Assembly (NCBI GenBank): GCA_050287085.1
Contig: JBNKBE010000012.1
Span: 64,001 to 128,000, forward strand
Direction of reading: 5' to 3'
Length of the DNA stretch: 64,000 bases
DNA from: Polyangiaceae bacterium
GTDB lineage: Bacteria; Myxococcota_A; Polyangia; Polyangiales; Polyangiaceae
This document shows positions 9,801-18,873 of the stretch, piece by piece (within the stretch, counting starts at the first letter, position 1; each line of letters starts with the position of its first letter). The notes under the pieces were generated by a model that was not told the DNA's origin, ran no database searches, and worked only from the letters and a program-made list of their open reading frames with translations. A program made the translations under genes and the position numbers.

Positions 9801-11368
9801 CGCCTCCCCATCACGACATCTACTCAATCGAAGACCTAAAACAGCTCATCTACGATCTGCGCTGCGCCAACGACAGGGCTTCCATCTCGGTCAAGTTGGT
9901 TTCGGAGGTAGGGGTTGGTACGGTCGCCGCGGGCGTCGCCAAGGCCAACGCCGACCACATCGTGATTGCAGGCCACGAAGGAGGAACTGGCTCTTCCCCA
10001 CTAAGCTCTATCCAGCATGCTGGTCTACCCTGGGAGCTAGGTCTAGCAGAGACGCAGCAGACGCTGGTTCTCCACAACCTGCGGTCCCGCGTCACGTTGC
10101 AGACCGACGGTCAAATGAAAACGGGCCGCGACGTCGTGATAGCGGCTCTTCTCGGCGCCGAGGAGTATGGCTTTTCGACCGCGCCGCTCATCGCCATGGG
10201 GTGCGTCATGATGCGCGTCTGTCATCTGAACACCTGCCCTGTGGGCATCGCGACGCAGGATCCTGAGCTGCGCCGTCGCTTTGCCGGAACACCGGAAAAC
10301 GTGATTCGCTACTTGTTTTTCGTCGCCGAAGAGGCTCGCACGCTCATGGCCCAGCTCGGCGCACGCACCCTAGAGGAACTGATTGGACGCACCGATTTGC
10401 TCGAACAGGATGCTGCAGTCGCCCACTTCAAAGCCCAGGGTCTAGACCTCAGTGCCATCCTGGCTGCACCCCAGGCGGCACCGGATATCCCGCGTAGAAA
10501 GACCCGCGCGCCCGATCCGGTATTGGACGACGCACTCGACCGAGAGTTCATCGAACTCGCTCAGCCGGCTCTCGAGCACAACACCCCTGTGACGATCGAA
10601 CGCGCGATACGCAATCGCCATCGCACTCTCGGAGGTATGCTCTCGTCTGCCGTAGCGCGCCGTAGCGGGGCTCAGGGGCTTCCGCCTGGTACGATACGAC
10701 TGCACTTGTCCGGCTCAGCTGGGCAGAGTCTTGGCGCTTGGCTCGCCCCCGGCATTGAGCTTTCCCTCGTCGGGGAAGGCAATGACTACGTAGGCAAAGG
10801 GCTCTCGGGCGGTGTTATCTCGGTACGTCCATTCCCATCGGTCACCTATGCTGCCGAAAGCAATTCCATCGTTGGGAATACCGTGCTCTACGGCGCTACC
10901 AGCGGACGCGCGTTCTTCCGGGGACAAGCGGGCGAGCGCTTTGCTGTTCGCAACTCCGGCGCCAAGGCAGTCGTCGAGGGCGTCGGCGACCACGGCTGCG
11001 AGTACATGACGGGGGGGGTGGTCGTGATCTTAGGCCCCACTGGCATAAATTTCGCAGCCGGGATGAGCGGAGGGGTTGCCTACGTCTATGACCCGGGAGG
11101 ACAGTTCGCCAATCGCTGCAACTATGAGCTTATCGAATTGGAGCGCTTCGAGGAACCGGACTGGAAGGAGCTGCGCGAATTGCTCGATGAGCATATCAAG
11201 CGCACGGGGTCGACGGTGGCAACGAGCATCCTGAACGACTGGGCTGTCACCTGCCGGGCGTTCGTCAAGGTCATGCCCCGCGACTACAAGGCGGTCCTCA
11301 AACGACTCTCCAAACGCGAAACGCGCGAATCTATCGAAACGGCAGCACCCGAGGAAGTGAGTCTCTAG
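6881..11368 (+). CDS. gltB: Glutamate synthase large subunit
   Basis: EHDGCG N-terminal nucleophile Cys, HSRFSTNT, MEPWDGPA, QGAKPGEGGQLPG, CVMMRVCHLNTCPVG 3Fe-4S motif, GXGXG C-terminal domain. Confidence 0.98.
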   Translation: MEDFGLYDPANEHDGCGVAMVVRPDNIPLHETVERGLQSLCNLEHRGSEGADTGTGDGAGILLQVPDRFFREVLDFELPKAGQYAVAMCFLPHDPASREALESLFVEQLLSEGLVALGWRDVPVRQDAIGRVAREAAPRIRQLFISERNPSGSVDQLERALYVARRKAEIAAREELTIPSCSARTIIYKGMLSAPQLGPYFPDLLDERIESALALVHSRFSTNTFPSWRLAHPFRMMAHNGEVNTVIGNANWMRARESELKSQLLGSELARMFPIIRPGGSDSASLDNVLELLVRSGRSLPHAVMMLVPKAWQGNDDMPRELAGFYRYHSCLMEPWDGPACLTFTDGRVIGATLDRNGLRPGRWLITRDGWVVLASEAGTLEVPEETILKKGRLQPGRLFYVDLERHKVFANGEIELEVARQNPYGQWYSRNTLQLSDLPKPVKAPSQGIPYRLRQLAFGWSQEDVRFLVAPLIAKGKEPNGSMGNDLPLAVLSEHSPSLFSYFKQRFAQVTNPAIDPVREAVVMSLQVGLGRERNLLEETPDHCKRLILDQPVLTDATLSRIKQGRGAIQTITLDATWLAGAGSGGLEPALEALCAAAEQAVEQGCSVIVLSDRSVSAERVPIPSLMAIGAVHHHLVRLGRRLRVSLIAEAGDVREVHHVACLIGFGAAAVNPYMLFESIDALARSGDLHLDVDVEACEQGVVRGIGQGLLKILSKMGISTLHSYMGAQVFEAVGLAPAVVEKCFRGTPSRIRGVGFDTLANEALQRHARGFPAAADKLLPPGGVYAWRRKGELHMWNPDTVPLLQQAVRVEGQGVEAYNSFAEKVNEDSARRATLRGLLRFKSGTPIALDEVEPATEIVKRFATGAMSLGSISQEAHSALAVAMNRIGGKSNTGEGGEAPERFLDERRSAIKQVASGRFGVTIHYLVNADQLQIKVAQGAKPGEGGQLPGHKVSEQIAKLRYSTPGVELISPPPHHDIYSIEDLKQLIYDLRCANDRASISVKLVSEVGVGTVAAGVAKANADHIVIAGHEGGTGSSPLSSIQHAGLPWELGLAETQQTLVLHNLRSRVTLQTDGQMKTGRDVVIAALLGAEEYGFSTAPLIAMGCVMMRVCHLNTCPVGIATQDPELRRRFAGTPENVIRYLFFVAEEARTLMAQLGARTLEELIGRTDLLEQDAAVAHFKAQGLDLSAILAAPQAAPDIPRRKTRAPDPVLDDALDREFIELAQPALEHNTPVTIERAIRNRHRTLGGMLSSAVARRSGAQGLPPGTIRLHLSGSAGQSLGAWLAPGIELSLVGEGNDYVGKGLSGGVISVRPFPSVTYAAESNSIVGNTVLYGATSGRAFFRGQAGERFAVRNSGAKAVVEGVGDHGCEYMTGGVVVILGPTGINFAAGMSGGVAYVYDPGGQFANRCNYELIELERFEEPDWKELRELLDEHIKRTGSTVATSILNDWAVTCRAFVKVMPRDYKAVLKRLSKRETRESIETAAPEEVSL

Positions 11369-12786
11369 TGGCGGATCCCAAAGGCTTTTTGAAGATTGCG
11401 CGCGCCACAACGGGTGACCCGCGACGCGACCCGCGCACGCGGATCGGCGACTACAAGGAGGTGATCCGTCTGCTGCCGCTGGCAGAGGTCCAGGAGCAAG
11501 CACAGCGCTGCATGCAGTGCGGCGTGCCCTTCTGCCACCGTGGCTGTCCGCTGGGCAATCTCATTCCGGAGTGGAACGACTTGGTGCATCAAGGTCGCTG
11601 GCGCGACGCCATTGCCAGGCTGCACGCAACCAACAACTTCCCCGAGTTTACCGGCTTCACCTGCCCAGCTCCCTGCGAACCCGCCTGTACGCTTGAGATC
11701 AACGACGACCCGGTGATGATCAAACACACCGAGGTTTCCATCATCGAACATGCGTTTGAACAAGGCTGGGTGCTGCCGCGTCCACCTACGCGACGCACCG
11801 GCAAGCGAGTAGCGATTGTGGGTTCTGGCCCCGCTGGGTTGGCCGCAGCGGCTCAGCTCAACTACGCGGGGCATCTCGCGGTCGTTCATGAGCGCGACGA
11901 AGCGGTCGGCGGTTTGCTGCGTTTTGGCATTCCCGACTTCAAACTGGAAAAGCGGATCATCGAGCGACGAGTGCGCATTCTCGAAGAAGAGGGAGTAGTG
12001 TTCAAGACCGGCATCAACGTAGGTGTAGATGTGAGCGCTGATAGTCTGCTAGCCGACTTCGATGCAGTGGTGGTGGCCGTCGGTGCGCGCCATCACCGTG
12101 AGCTCGAGGTACCGGGCAGCAAGCTCGAAGGTGTGCACGCCGCGATGGACTACCTCTACGACTGCAACCGCTCCCAAGCGGCCCATGCGGGCAACGCGCG
12201 CCACGAGGCTAGAATCAGCGCGGCCGGCAAGCACGTGGTCGTAATCGGCGGAGGAGACACCGCCGCCGACTGTATCGCCAACGCGCATAGAGAAGGTGCG
12301 CTCTCCGTGACACAACTCGACCGCTCCGCGCCTCCCAAAGGCACTCGCCCCCGCGAGATTGCCGGGTGGCCCAACGCGCCTCGACGCGAAGTGACCTCAT
12401 ATGCCCTGGAGGAAGGCGGCAGCCGTGAATGGCAAACCGTAACCCAGCAAATCCTGGGCGACGGAAACAAGGTTTCAGGCGTCGAAGTCGCTCGCGTCGA
12501 CCCGCACAGCCGCCGGCCGGTGATGGACTCTCTTCGAGTGTTGCCCGCCGGTCTGGTGCTGGTGGCCATTGGTTTCGAGCGTCCGGAGCGCGATGCCTTC
12601 ACGGCACAACTCAGCGTCGAAGAGGATCGCGCAGGGAACGTACTCGCCCCCCGCTATGTCACCTCAAGACCGAAGGTCTTTGCATGCGGGGACGCTCGCC
12701 GTGGGGCGTCGCTGGTGGTTTGGGCAATCAATGAGGGTCGAGAATGCGCCGAGGCGGTCGACGCCGCGCTTCAAGGGAAGGGCTAG
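11368..12786 (+). CDS. gltD: Glutamate synthase small subunit
   Basis: RCMQCGVPFC and CPAPCEPAC Fe-S motifs, GSGPAG and GGGDT nucleotide-binding motifs; GTG start overlaps gltB TAG by 1 nt. Confidence 0.96.
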   Translation: MADPKGFLKIARATTGDPRRDPRTRIGDYKEVIRLLPLAEVQEQAQRCMQCGVPFCHRGCPLGNLIPEWNDLVHQGRWRDAIARLHATNNFPEFTGFTCPAPCEPACTLEINDDPVMIKHTEVSIIEHAFEQGWVLPRPPTRRTGKRVAIVGSGPAGLAAAAQLNYAGHLAVVHERDEAVGGLLRFGIPDFKLEKRIIERRVRILEEEGVVFKTGINVGVDVSADSLLADFDAVVVAVGARHHRELEVPGSKLEGVHAAMDYLYDCNRSQAAHAGNARHEARISAAGKHVVVIGGGDTAADCIANAHREGALSVTQLDRSAPPKGTRPREIAGWPNAPRREVTSYALEEGGSREWQTVTQQILGDGNKVSGVEVARVDPHSRRPVMDSLRVLPAGLVLVAIGFERPERDAFTAQLSVEEDRAGNVLAPRYVTSRPKVFACGDARRGASLVVWAINEGRECAEAVDAALQGKG

Positions 12787-12894
12787 GGCCGGGCCGAATC
12801 CAGCGACAGTGTCCCTATTGGACCTCTGCCAGCGTTTCGGAGCCCCCACGCCCAGCGCGGATAAACGCGGCGGTCAGCCGCCTCGGGGTGAGCG

Positions 12895-15033
12895 CTAGAA
12901 CCAGCCGACTTCGCCGGCTCGAAGTTCCTTTTCTTCCATCTTATCCTCGAGCAGCAGGACCTCGAGACTATCGGAGAAGCTCGCGTTTTCCGCGAAGTTC
13001 ATCGGAACCTTGAACACGAAGGTCGTACCGACCCCGAGTTCCGAAATGACTTCCATCTGACCGCCTAGGGCGTCGATGCGTTGCTTCACGACATCGAGAC
13101 CAACGCCACGACCCGAAACATCCGAGACTTGGTCCGCCGTGCTGAATCCCGGAGAGAAGATCAAAGCGCACTTGTCGCTCCAATCCAGTTCCGCATCAAG
13201 GGCGATCAGACCACGTTCCCGCGCGACCTTCAGCACCTTGTCACCATTGATGCCTCGACCGTCGTCACCAATTTCAAGTTTCAGGCAATCTTCCTCAAAG
13301 TCTACTCTGACAAACACCGTAGCCAGCGCCGGCTTGTCCGTTAGCCGGCGTTCGTCCGGCGTCTCAATGCCGTGATCGAGACTATTTCGCAGCACGTGAA
13401 TGATCGGATCACTGAGCGCCTCGATCAGCTTTCTGCTCACTCGATACTCCTCTCCTTCAAAGGAGACCTGGACCATCTTACCAAGCGTTCGCGAGAGCTC
13501 TCGCACCAAACGGGACGCGCGATTGAGAACGCTCTGACACGATATCAGCGACATTTCGTTGGCCAGCTGAATCAGGCGGTCTTGAACGCGAGTGAGATTC
13601 TCCAGACCGCTATCATCGTCGCATGCGAGCTGCGCCTTCACCAACGTGAGGCCGCGAAGCAACGCTGTCATTCTCTCCAGCGTCTCGACATCGACCCGCA
13701 CCGTCTCTGACTTGGTCTCGCTTCGGTCGGTGCCTTCACCAGCGCTAATCAGCGAGGAAGTGTCGATGCATCCGACGTCTTCGCCCGCATGCAGCGCCTC
13801 GAGGCCCCGAGCGTGCTGCGCAAACCCGGGCACGACTTCCATCATGCCGTCGTGGTGGGCGGCTTCGTTGGCAAGTTCAATCTGGCGCCGAATCAGGGTG
13901 CTAGACGCGAACACGAAGTCTATCAACTGCTTGTCAAAACGCCGTCCTCGGTCCCGAACGTCTGCCAGCAGCGTCTCGGTACCGTGGGCGATGCGGGTCA
14001 CCGACTCAACACCGACCATGCCCGCCACGCCCTTCAGGCTGTGGAAGACACGAAACAACTGGTCCACCTGGCCTTGAGCAACACCGTTTCGTTCCGCCAG
14101 CATCATGATGCCGTCCACCGCATCCACCGCCTCATGCCCCTCCGAAATGAATTCCAGCACCAGCTCCAGGTCGTCGCCTTCGACCTCCAACTTCACACGG
14201 TCGACGTCATGACTGGTCGGTATCCGTGACTCGAGCGGCGCCCGGCTGCTTTCGAGTCGCTCGAGCATTTCTGTCACACGCGACACTGAGCTTTCGCCGT
14301 TTATCGTCTTGATCAGCTCACGTCGGCAATAGTTAACGTGCTCAAGCTGATTCCGGTCTTCTTGATCGTCGAGCTCCAGGAATTCGTCTAAGAGGGCGAG
14401 CACGGACGAACAGACGAATCGGTTCATCCCTTGCCGAAGCAGCGCCAGAGCCTCGCCTATGAGGTAATAGGGCGTGCGCTCCGACACGACCAGCCAAACG
14501 GAACCCGGTACTCCTTCGCAACCTATCTGCTGACCAACAAGCGGAATGACCTGCGTGGTGTAGGTCTGACATTGTTCGGCCAAGTACGTATTGGGTAGAC
14601 CAAGTTGTACCGGGCAGCGTGGATGTTGCAGCGTATGAAATGCCATGCGTCCGGCGAGCAGGTTCATCTGCTCTCCAAGGGCATCGGCACAATCAGACAA
14701 CGTGAGGCTCGACAGTCCTGTCAGCGTCTCGGCCATCGCGCGACAGGCTGAGTCGGTGCCGAACAGTCCGACTTCAACCACTCGCTCGCGGCCGACCGCA
14801 ACCATGGTGACGCCGAGGTCGAGCCCAACAGGCTGAAAGCGAACGGGGATCCCTTGCCGGAAGAAGGGCCGCTCCGCCTGATAGGTAGAAAACGTGAGAA
14901 ACGTTCTTACCGCAAACTCGAACTGCCACGGCAGCGGTCCCCGAAGCATCTGCCTCGAAAGCGGTCCGACAGACGGCTCGAGCTCGTCCTCATCATCAAA
15001 TAATCCGCTGAATGAATTCACTCGGAAATTCAA
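12895..15033 (-). CDS. CheA-like histidine kinase with N-terminal CheX-like domain, Hpt, dimerisation and HATPase domains; no CheW domain
   Basis: DALGEQMNLLAG (CheX ExxN), LFRVFHSLKG (Hpt His), TVRVD, HVLRNSLDHGIE, DDGRGI, FSPGFST, SGRGVGLDVVK; ends ~34 aa after GTTFVFKVP. Confidence 0.85.
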   Translation of the reverse strand: MNFRVNSFSGLFDDEDELEPSVGPLSRQMLRGPLPWQFEFAVRTFLTFSTYQAERPFFRQGIPVRFQPVGLDLGVTMVAVGRERVVEVGLFGTDSACRAMAETLTGLSSLTLSDCADALGEQMNLLAGRMAFHTLQHPRCPVQLGLPNTYLAEQCQTYTTQVIPLVGQQIGCEGVPGSVWLVVSERTPYYLIGEALALLRQGMNRFVCSSVLALLDEFLELDDQEDRNQLEHVNYCRRELIKTINGESSVSRVTEMLERLESSRAPLESRIPTSHDVDRVKLEVEGDDLELVLEFISEGHEAVDAVDGIMMLAERNGVAQGQVDQLFRVFHSLKGVAGMVGVESVTRIAHGTETLLADVRDRGRRFDKQLIDFVFASSTLIRRQIELANEAAHHDGMMEVVPGFAQHARGLEALHAGEDVGCIDTSSLISAGEGTDRSETKSETVRVDVETLERMTALLRGLTLVKAQLACDDDSGLENLTRVQDRLIQLANEMSLISCQSVLNRASRLVRELSRTLGKMVQVSFEGEEYRVSRKLIEALSDPIIHVLRNSLDHGIETPDERRLTDKPALATVFVRVDFEEDCLKLEIGDDGRGINGDKVLKVARERGLIALDAELDWSDKCALIFSPGFSTADQVSDVSGRGVGLDVVKQRIDALGGQMEVISELGVGTTFVFKVPMNFAENASFSDSLEVLLLEDKMEEKELRAGEVGWF

Positions 15034-15144
15034 TACGGACCAAGGCCGCCATGACTAAGAAGCGACTCGAAAAACGCCGCAGCAGCGTGTCGATCCCAGG
15101 GGCTGAGGCCGACTCGATGCTGCTACCCGCGCCCATAGCGACGA

Positions 15145-15185
15145 TCTACGTCGCCCCCGTTCCACGTCGCTCCCGTTCCACGTCG
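15145..15185. repeat. Three TCyACGTCG units at 16-bp period
   Basis: Copies at 15145, 15161, 15177; the last two share CCCGTTCCACGTCG exactly. Confidence 0.8.
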
Positions 15186-15237
15186 GCCCTGCTCGGGGGC
15201 AAGTCCAACAACCGCTTCCGGCGGAGCACTCAACCCG

Positions 15238-17022
15238 CTAGGAACGCGATGGCTCTCTTGGCTCGTAGCTGTGAGTGGTGTCGAAGACCCCATTGGCGGC
15301 CCCAAAAACGTTGCGCTCGTCGAGCACGTTCTTGAGACTCTTGACCATATCAGCATTGTGCTGGGGCAGCTTCTCAGCCAGGAGCTTCGAACGAAACTTC
15401 CCCACTCCGTGATGATTGGATACAGCTCCTCCCGCCTCCACTATGGCCGCGCGTAGGCGGTTATCCGCAACGGCCGCAATCGCCGCCCCGTCGTGCCCAC
15501 GCGTGTAGACGCCGTAGGTGAAGTAGATGCAGACTCCCGTCGTGTAGAGCTGTGTGATCCGATAGGAGACAAACGGCCTTCCAGGCAGACCGTAGTCGGA
15601 ACTGATGCGTTGGGCTTCCTGCTGCACGGCGCCACAAATCGCCTCTATCCGATCCCAAGGCGCGGTGGTCTCCAAGGTCTCGCCCATCACGTGAAGCTTG
15701 GTGAGGAAGTCGCGAATATACGCGATCGCAAAGGTGAGGTTGTAGCCTCGTTTGCCGTTGGAACCTCCGCCAAAGAAGCCACGAAACTGCGCGGCAAGCT
15801 GGCCAATGAGCTTCTCTTGAGAGCGCACCTCGGCCCGAGTGCCCTCCATGACGATGGTGGCCACCGCCATTTCCTTCAGGTTCAATCCCTTGACCCTTTC
15901 GAGGAACGCGCGCTGCGCCTTGGACTTCACCCTTGCTAGCGAGCCCGACTCCGCCTGCTTCAGTGCGTGACCGAAGCGAAACTGGTTGTTGTCGACCAGG
16001 CGAATGCTTGCTGGCAAGAATGAACAACCTACGAGAGCGTGGAGAAAACGCACGCCGTGTTCAAAATCTGGAAATAGCAGGCTTTGATAGGAGGTACACT
16101 CGGGCAAGCGGTGCACGCGAATAACCGCCTTCGTTATCAACCCGAAATTTCCCTCCGACCCAAACAGCGCCGGTCGAACCTGCACACCCACGGACTGACG
16201 CGGAAAGTGAGCATACGTCTCGAACTCTCCCTTCGGGGTGACCATGAAGATCTGCTCAACGATATCCTCAATACCGCCATAGCGGTGGCGCTTCATGCCG
16301 CTGGCGTTGGTGGAGATCCAACCGCCTAGCGTGGAAAGCTCCACGCTGTCCGGCTCATGCCCACAGGTCAACCCCTCGCGGCGTAGCGCCGCCTCCAACT
16401 CCGTCCCGGTGATCCCTGCCTGCACACACGCCTGCCGGTTCTCCTTGTTGATCCACTCGATGGCGTTCAGCCCGCGCGTGTTCAAGGACACAATCATTCG
16501 CTTCTCTTCAAGCGGCAATACCAGACATCCCGTGACGTTGGTCCCGCCGCCGTAGGGGATGACGCACACGTCGTGCTCGATGGCCAACTGAATGATGCGT
16601 TGCACCGCCGTCTCCGAGCGGCAGAAAAACACCATATCCACAACCCGCCGCAGCCGGCCGTAGAGCGCCTGATAGACCTCGTCCCCGGTGCCCTGACCGT
16701 GGCTGTGAGTGGCCCTCACGCCGTCGTCATAGGAGTAGTCCGACTCTGGGAACTCCGCGGCCACGGCCGCACAGAAAGCCTCATTGCGATTGACGGCCGC
16801 AACTTGCAGCGGCACCGCCTCAAGCTGATTGTGCACGTCCAACTTCACGTCGAGAACGTCTTCGCAGAAGGGGAGGAAACCCGGCATGCTGAATCCGCTG
16901 ATTTCGTAGCGATTCCCGGCGAGGCGTACCGCGCCGTCGGGACCTATCTCAAATGCCGTATCCTTGAATCCCCACCCGTGCTCCCACTTTTCGCCTGGCT
17001 TGTGCATTGATGCTGGCTCCAT
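15238..17022 (-). CDS. Alkyldihydroxyacetonephosphate synthase (AGPS/ADPS-like FAD oxidoreductase)
   Basis: HGWGFKD, IPYGGGTNV, GHEPDSVELSTLGGWISTNASGMK, GSEGNFG, PASIRLVDN.QF.FGHALK, GETLETTAPWD, RITQLY..G.CIYF, SNHHGVGK. Confidence 0.9.
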   Translation of the reverse strand: MEPASMHKPGEKWEHGWGFKDTAFEIGPDGAVRLAGNRYEISGFSMPGFLPFCEDVLDVKLDVHNQLEAVPLQVAAVNRNEAFCAAVAAEFPESDYSYDDGVRATHSHGQGTGDEVYQALYGRLRRVVDMVFFCRSETAVQRIIQLAIEHDVCVIPYGGGTNVTGCLVLPLEEKRMIVSLNTRGLNAIEWINKENRQACVQAGITGTELEAALRREGLTCGHEPDSVELSTLGGWISTNASGMKRHRYGGIEDIVEQIFMVTPKGEFETYAHFPRQSVGVQVRPALFGSEGNFGLITKAVIRVHRLPECTSYQSLLFPDFEHGVRFLHALVGCSFLPASIRLVDNNQFRFGHALKQAESGSLARVKSKAQRAFLERVKGLNLKEMAVATIVMEGTRAEVRSQEKLIGQLAAQFRGFFGGGSNGKRGYNLTFAIAYIRDFLTKLHVMGETLETTAPWDRIEAICGAVQQEAQRISSDYGLPGRPFVSYRITQLYTTGVCIYFTYGVYTRGHDGAAIAAVADNRLRAAIVEAGGAVSNHHGVGKFRSKLLAEKLPQHNADMVKSLKNVLDERNVFGAANGVFDTTHSYEPREPSRS

Positions 17023-17193
17023 TTCCTTTCAAAACTCTCGGCGTCGTCTCGAACCGATTTCCCTGAAGGCTCGGACCTGCTGGACGAGGCTAACGTCTAT
17101 TCGATTCGCAAGTCGCTTGCAGACTCGCACGCGACACCGATTTCAGTCCGGCCCTGCCCAGAGCTCCCCGCCGAACGTTCGGGCCAGAGCGGC

Positions 17194-17985
17194 TCAAGCC
17201 CCCTCCTGGGAGAACGTCACTTCCGTCTGCAGGTAGCGCGTCAAGTACCGGACTCCCAGATAGAAGGGAATGGTGTCGGCCAGGGCCACGCAGAATTTGA
17301 AAGCGTAATTTCCTGCGATCAGCCCCAGTAGGTCGGCCATGGTGCGTTCGCCCCGGAGAAATGAAGCCCCAAACGTAAGCACGATCACAACGGACGCGTC
17401 TACGAGCTGACTGACCAACGTGCTTCCGTTGTTGCGCAACCACAAGTGCCGGCCACGGGTAAGCTGCTTCCAGAAGTCGAATAGGAGCACGTCACAGAAC
17501 TGCGCAGCCAAATAGGCGGCCATAGAAGCCAACACTGCGCCAGCGGTACAAGCGTATATCAGAGCAAACAGCTCTACCTGTTCCCTTACCTCGCCGCCGT
17601 CCGGCAAGAATACCGGCTTTGCCAACGAAAGTAGCTGCCAGGGGGGCTGCTCTGCCGGTCCTACTGCAGGCAAGGCCTGCCCGAGCCAAAGTGTCCCGAG
17701 TATCAGACCATTGACCAGCAGCCCAACCCACACCACCCATAGTGCGCGCTTGCGGCCATATAGTTCGCCGATCAAATCCGTGCACAGAAACGTCAGCGGA
17801 TAGGGCAATACACCCACTGGTAGAGTTAAAGGGCCGATGCGAATGAAGCGCGTAATACCGATGATATTCAGCATCGACATCGCCCCAATAAACAGACCCG
17901 CCAACAGTAGAAACACGCGTTCCCGTCGAGCGTGGAGGGCGCTAGCTTCTATCGGATGGAGAGGCGCACTTGCCGCGGGCGTCAT
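17194..17985 (-). CDS. Queuosine precursor transporter (VUT/YhhQ family)
   Basis: GVLPYPLTFLCTDLIGELYG, ASMAAYLAAQFCDV, LWLRNNGSTLVSQLVD; multiple TM segments. Confidence 0.88.
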   Translation of the reverse strand: MTPAASAPLHPIEASALHARRERVFLLLAGLFIGAMSMLNIIGITRFIRIGPLTLPVGVLPYPLTFLCTDLIGELYGRKRALWVVWVGLLVNGLILGTLWLGQALPAVGPAEQPPWQLLSLAKPVFLPDGGEVREQVELFALIYACTAGAVLASMAAYLAAQFCDVLLFDFWKQLTRGRHLWLRNNGSTLVSQLVDASVVIVLTFGASFLRGERTMADLLGLIAGNYAFKFCVALADTIPFYLGVRYLTRYLQTEVTFSQEGA

Positions 17986-17995
17986 GACGGACGTC

Positions 17996-18694
17996 TCATC
18001 CTGAGGCTCGACGAGAAAGCACTCGGACCCCGGTCCCGCTCGCAACCAGCACCTGATCTGCCCGGCCTACAAACAACCCGGTTTCCACAACACCTGGAAC
18101 CGCACGAAGCGTCGCGTCGAGCTGCGCTGGGGCCGCAATGGCCCCCACTTGTATGTCGTATACGAAGTTGCCCGCATCCGTCAGCCAGGGCTTGCCATCG
18201 CGCAACCGTAGGCTCGCCTTTCCGACTTTGCCGAGCCGCGCCGCGGTGGCCTCGACTCCAAAGGGCAAGACCTCCAGGGGAACCGCCCACTTCTCCCCCA
18301 GCTGCGTGCTCAGCTTGCTGTCATCGACCACAATGATGTTCCGACGCGCCGCGTAGTTGACGATCTTCTCGCGGGTTTGACAGGCCCCGCCCCCCTTGAT
18401 CAGATCGAGCTCTGCGCTGACTTCGTCGGCGCCGTCGACGCAAACGTCGATATCCCACGGTCCTGAATCAGGAAGCAAAGGGATGCCGAGGGCCATCGCC
18501 TGTTCTCGACTCTCTCGACTCGTCGGCACTCCCACCAGCGCCCTTCCCGCCGCCACCAGACGTCCGACGCCAGCGATGAAAAGCTTGGCGGTACTTCCGG
18601 AGCCCAGGCCGATGATGCCACGCTCGGGGAGGAGCTCGAGCGCCGCATCAGCAGCAGCTTGCTTGGCGGCGCTAGCGTTCATTGTGGATGACAT
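17996..18694 (-). CDS. rpiA: Ribose-5-phosphate isomerase A
   Basis: IGLGSGST, DGADEV, IKGGGA..REKIV, PGVVETGLF. Confidence 0.96.
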   Translation of the reverse strand: MSSTMNASAAKQAAADAALELLPERGIIGLGSGSTAKLFIAGVGRLVAAGRALVGVPTSRESREQAMALGIPLLPDSGPWDIDVCVDGADEVSAELDLIKGGGACQTREKIVNYAARRNIIVVDDSKLSTQLGEKWAVPLEVLPFGVEATAARLGKVGKASLRLRDGKPWLTDAGNFVYDIQVGAIAAPAQLDATLRAVPGVVETGLFVGRADQVLVASGTGVRVLSRRASG

Positions 18695-18873
18695 AGCGGC
18701 AGAAACCCCCGCAGCAAATCGTCACCAACGCCGCCATCAGCACCGGCCCAACGACCGACCCGGCTTTGATTGCGCCCGGTGTGTGCACTTGCGACGCAGT
18801 CGGCAGCGAAGCGTGTGTCCAGCCACCCTCGGCGTTGACTGAATTGGTGGGTTCGACGCAAAGTAGTGGGCTG

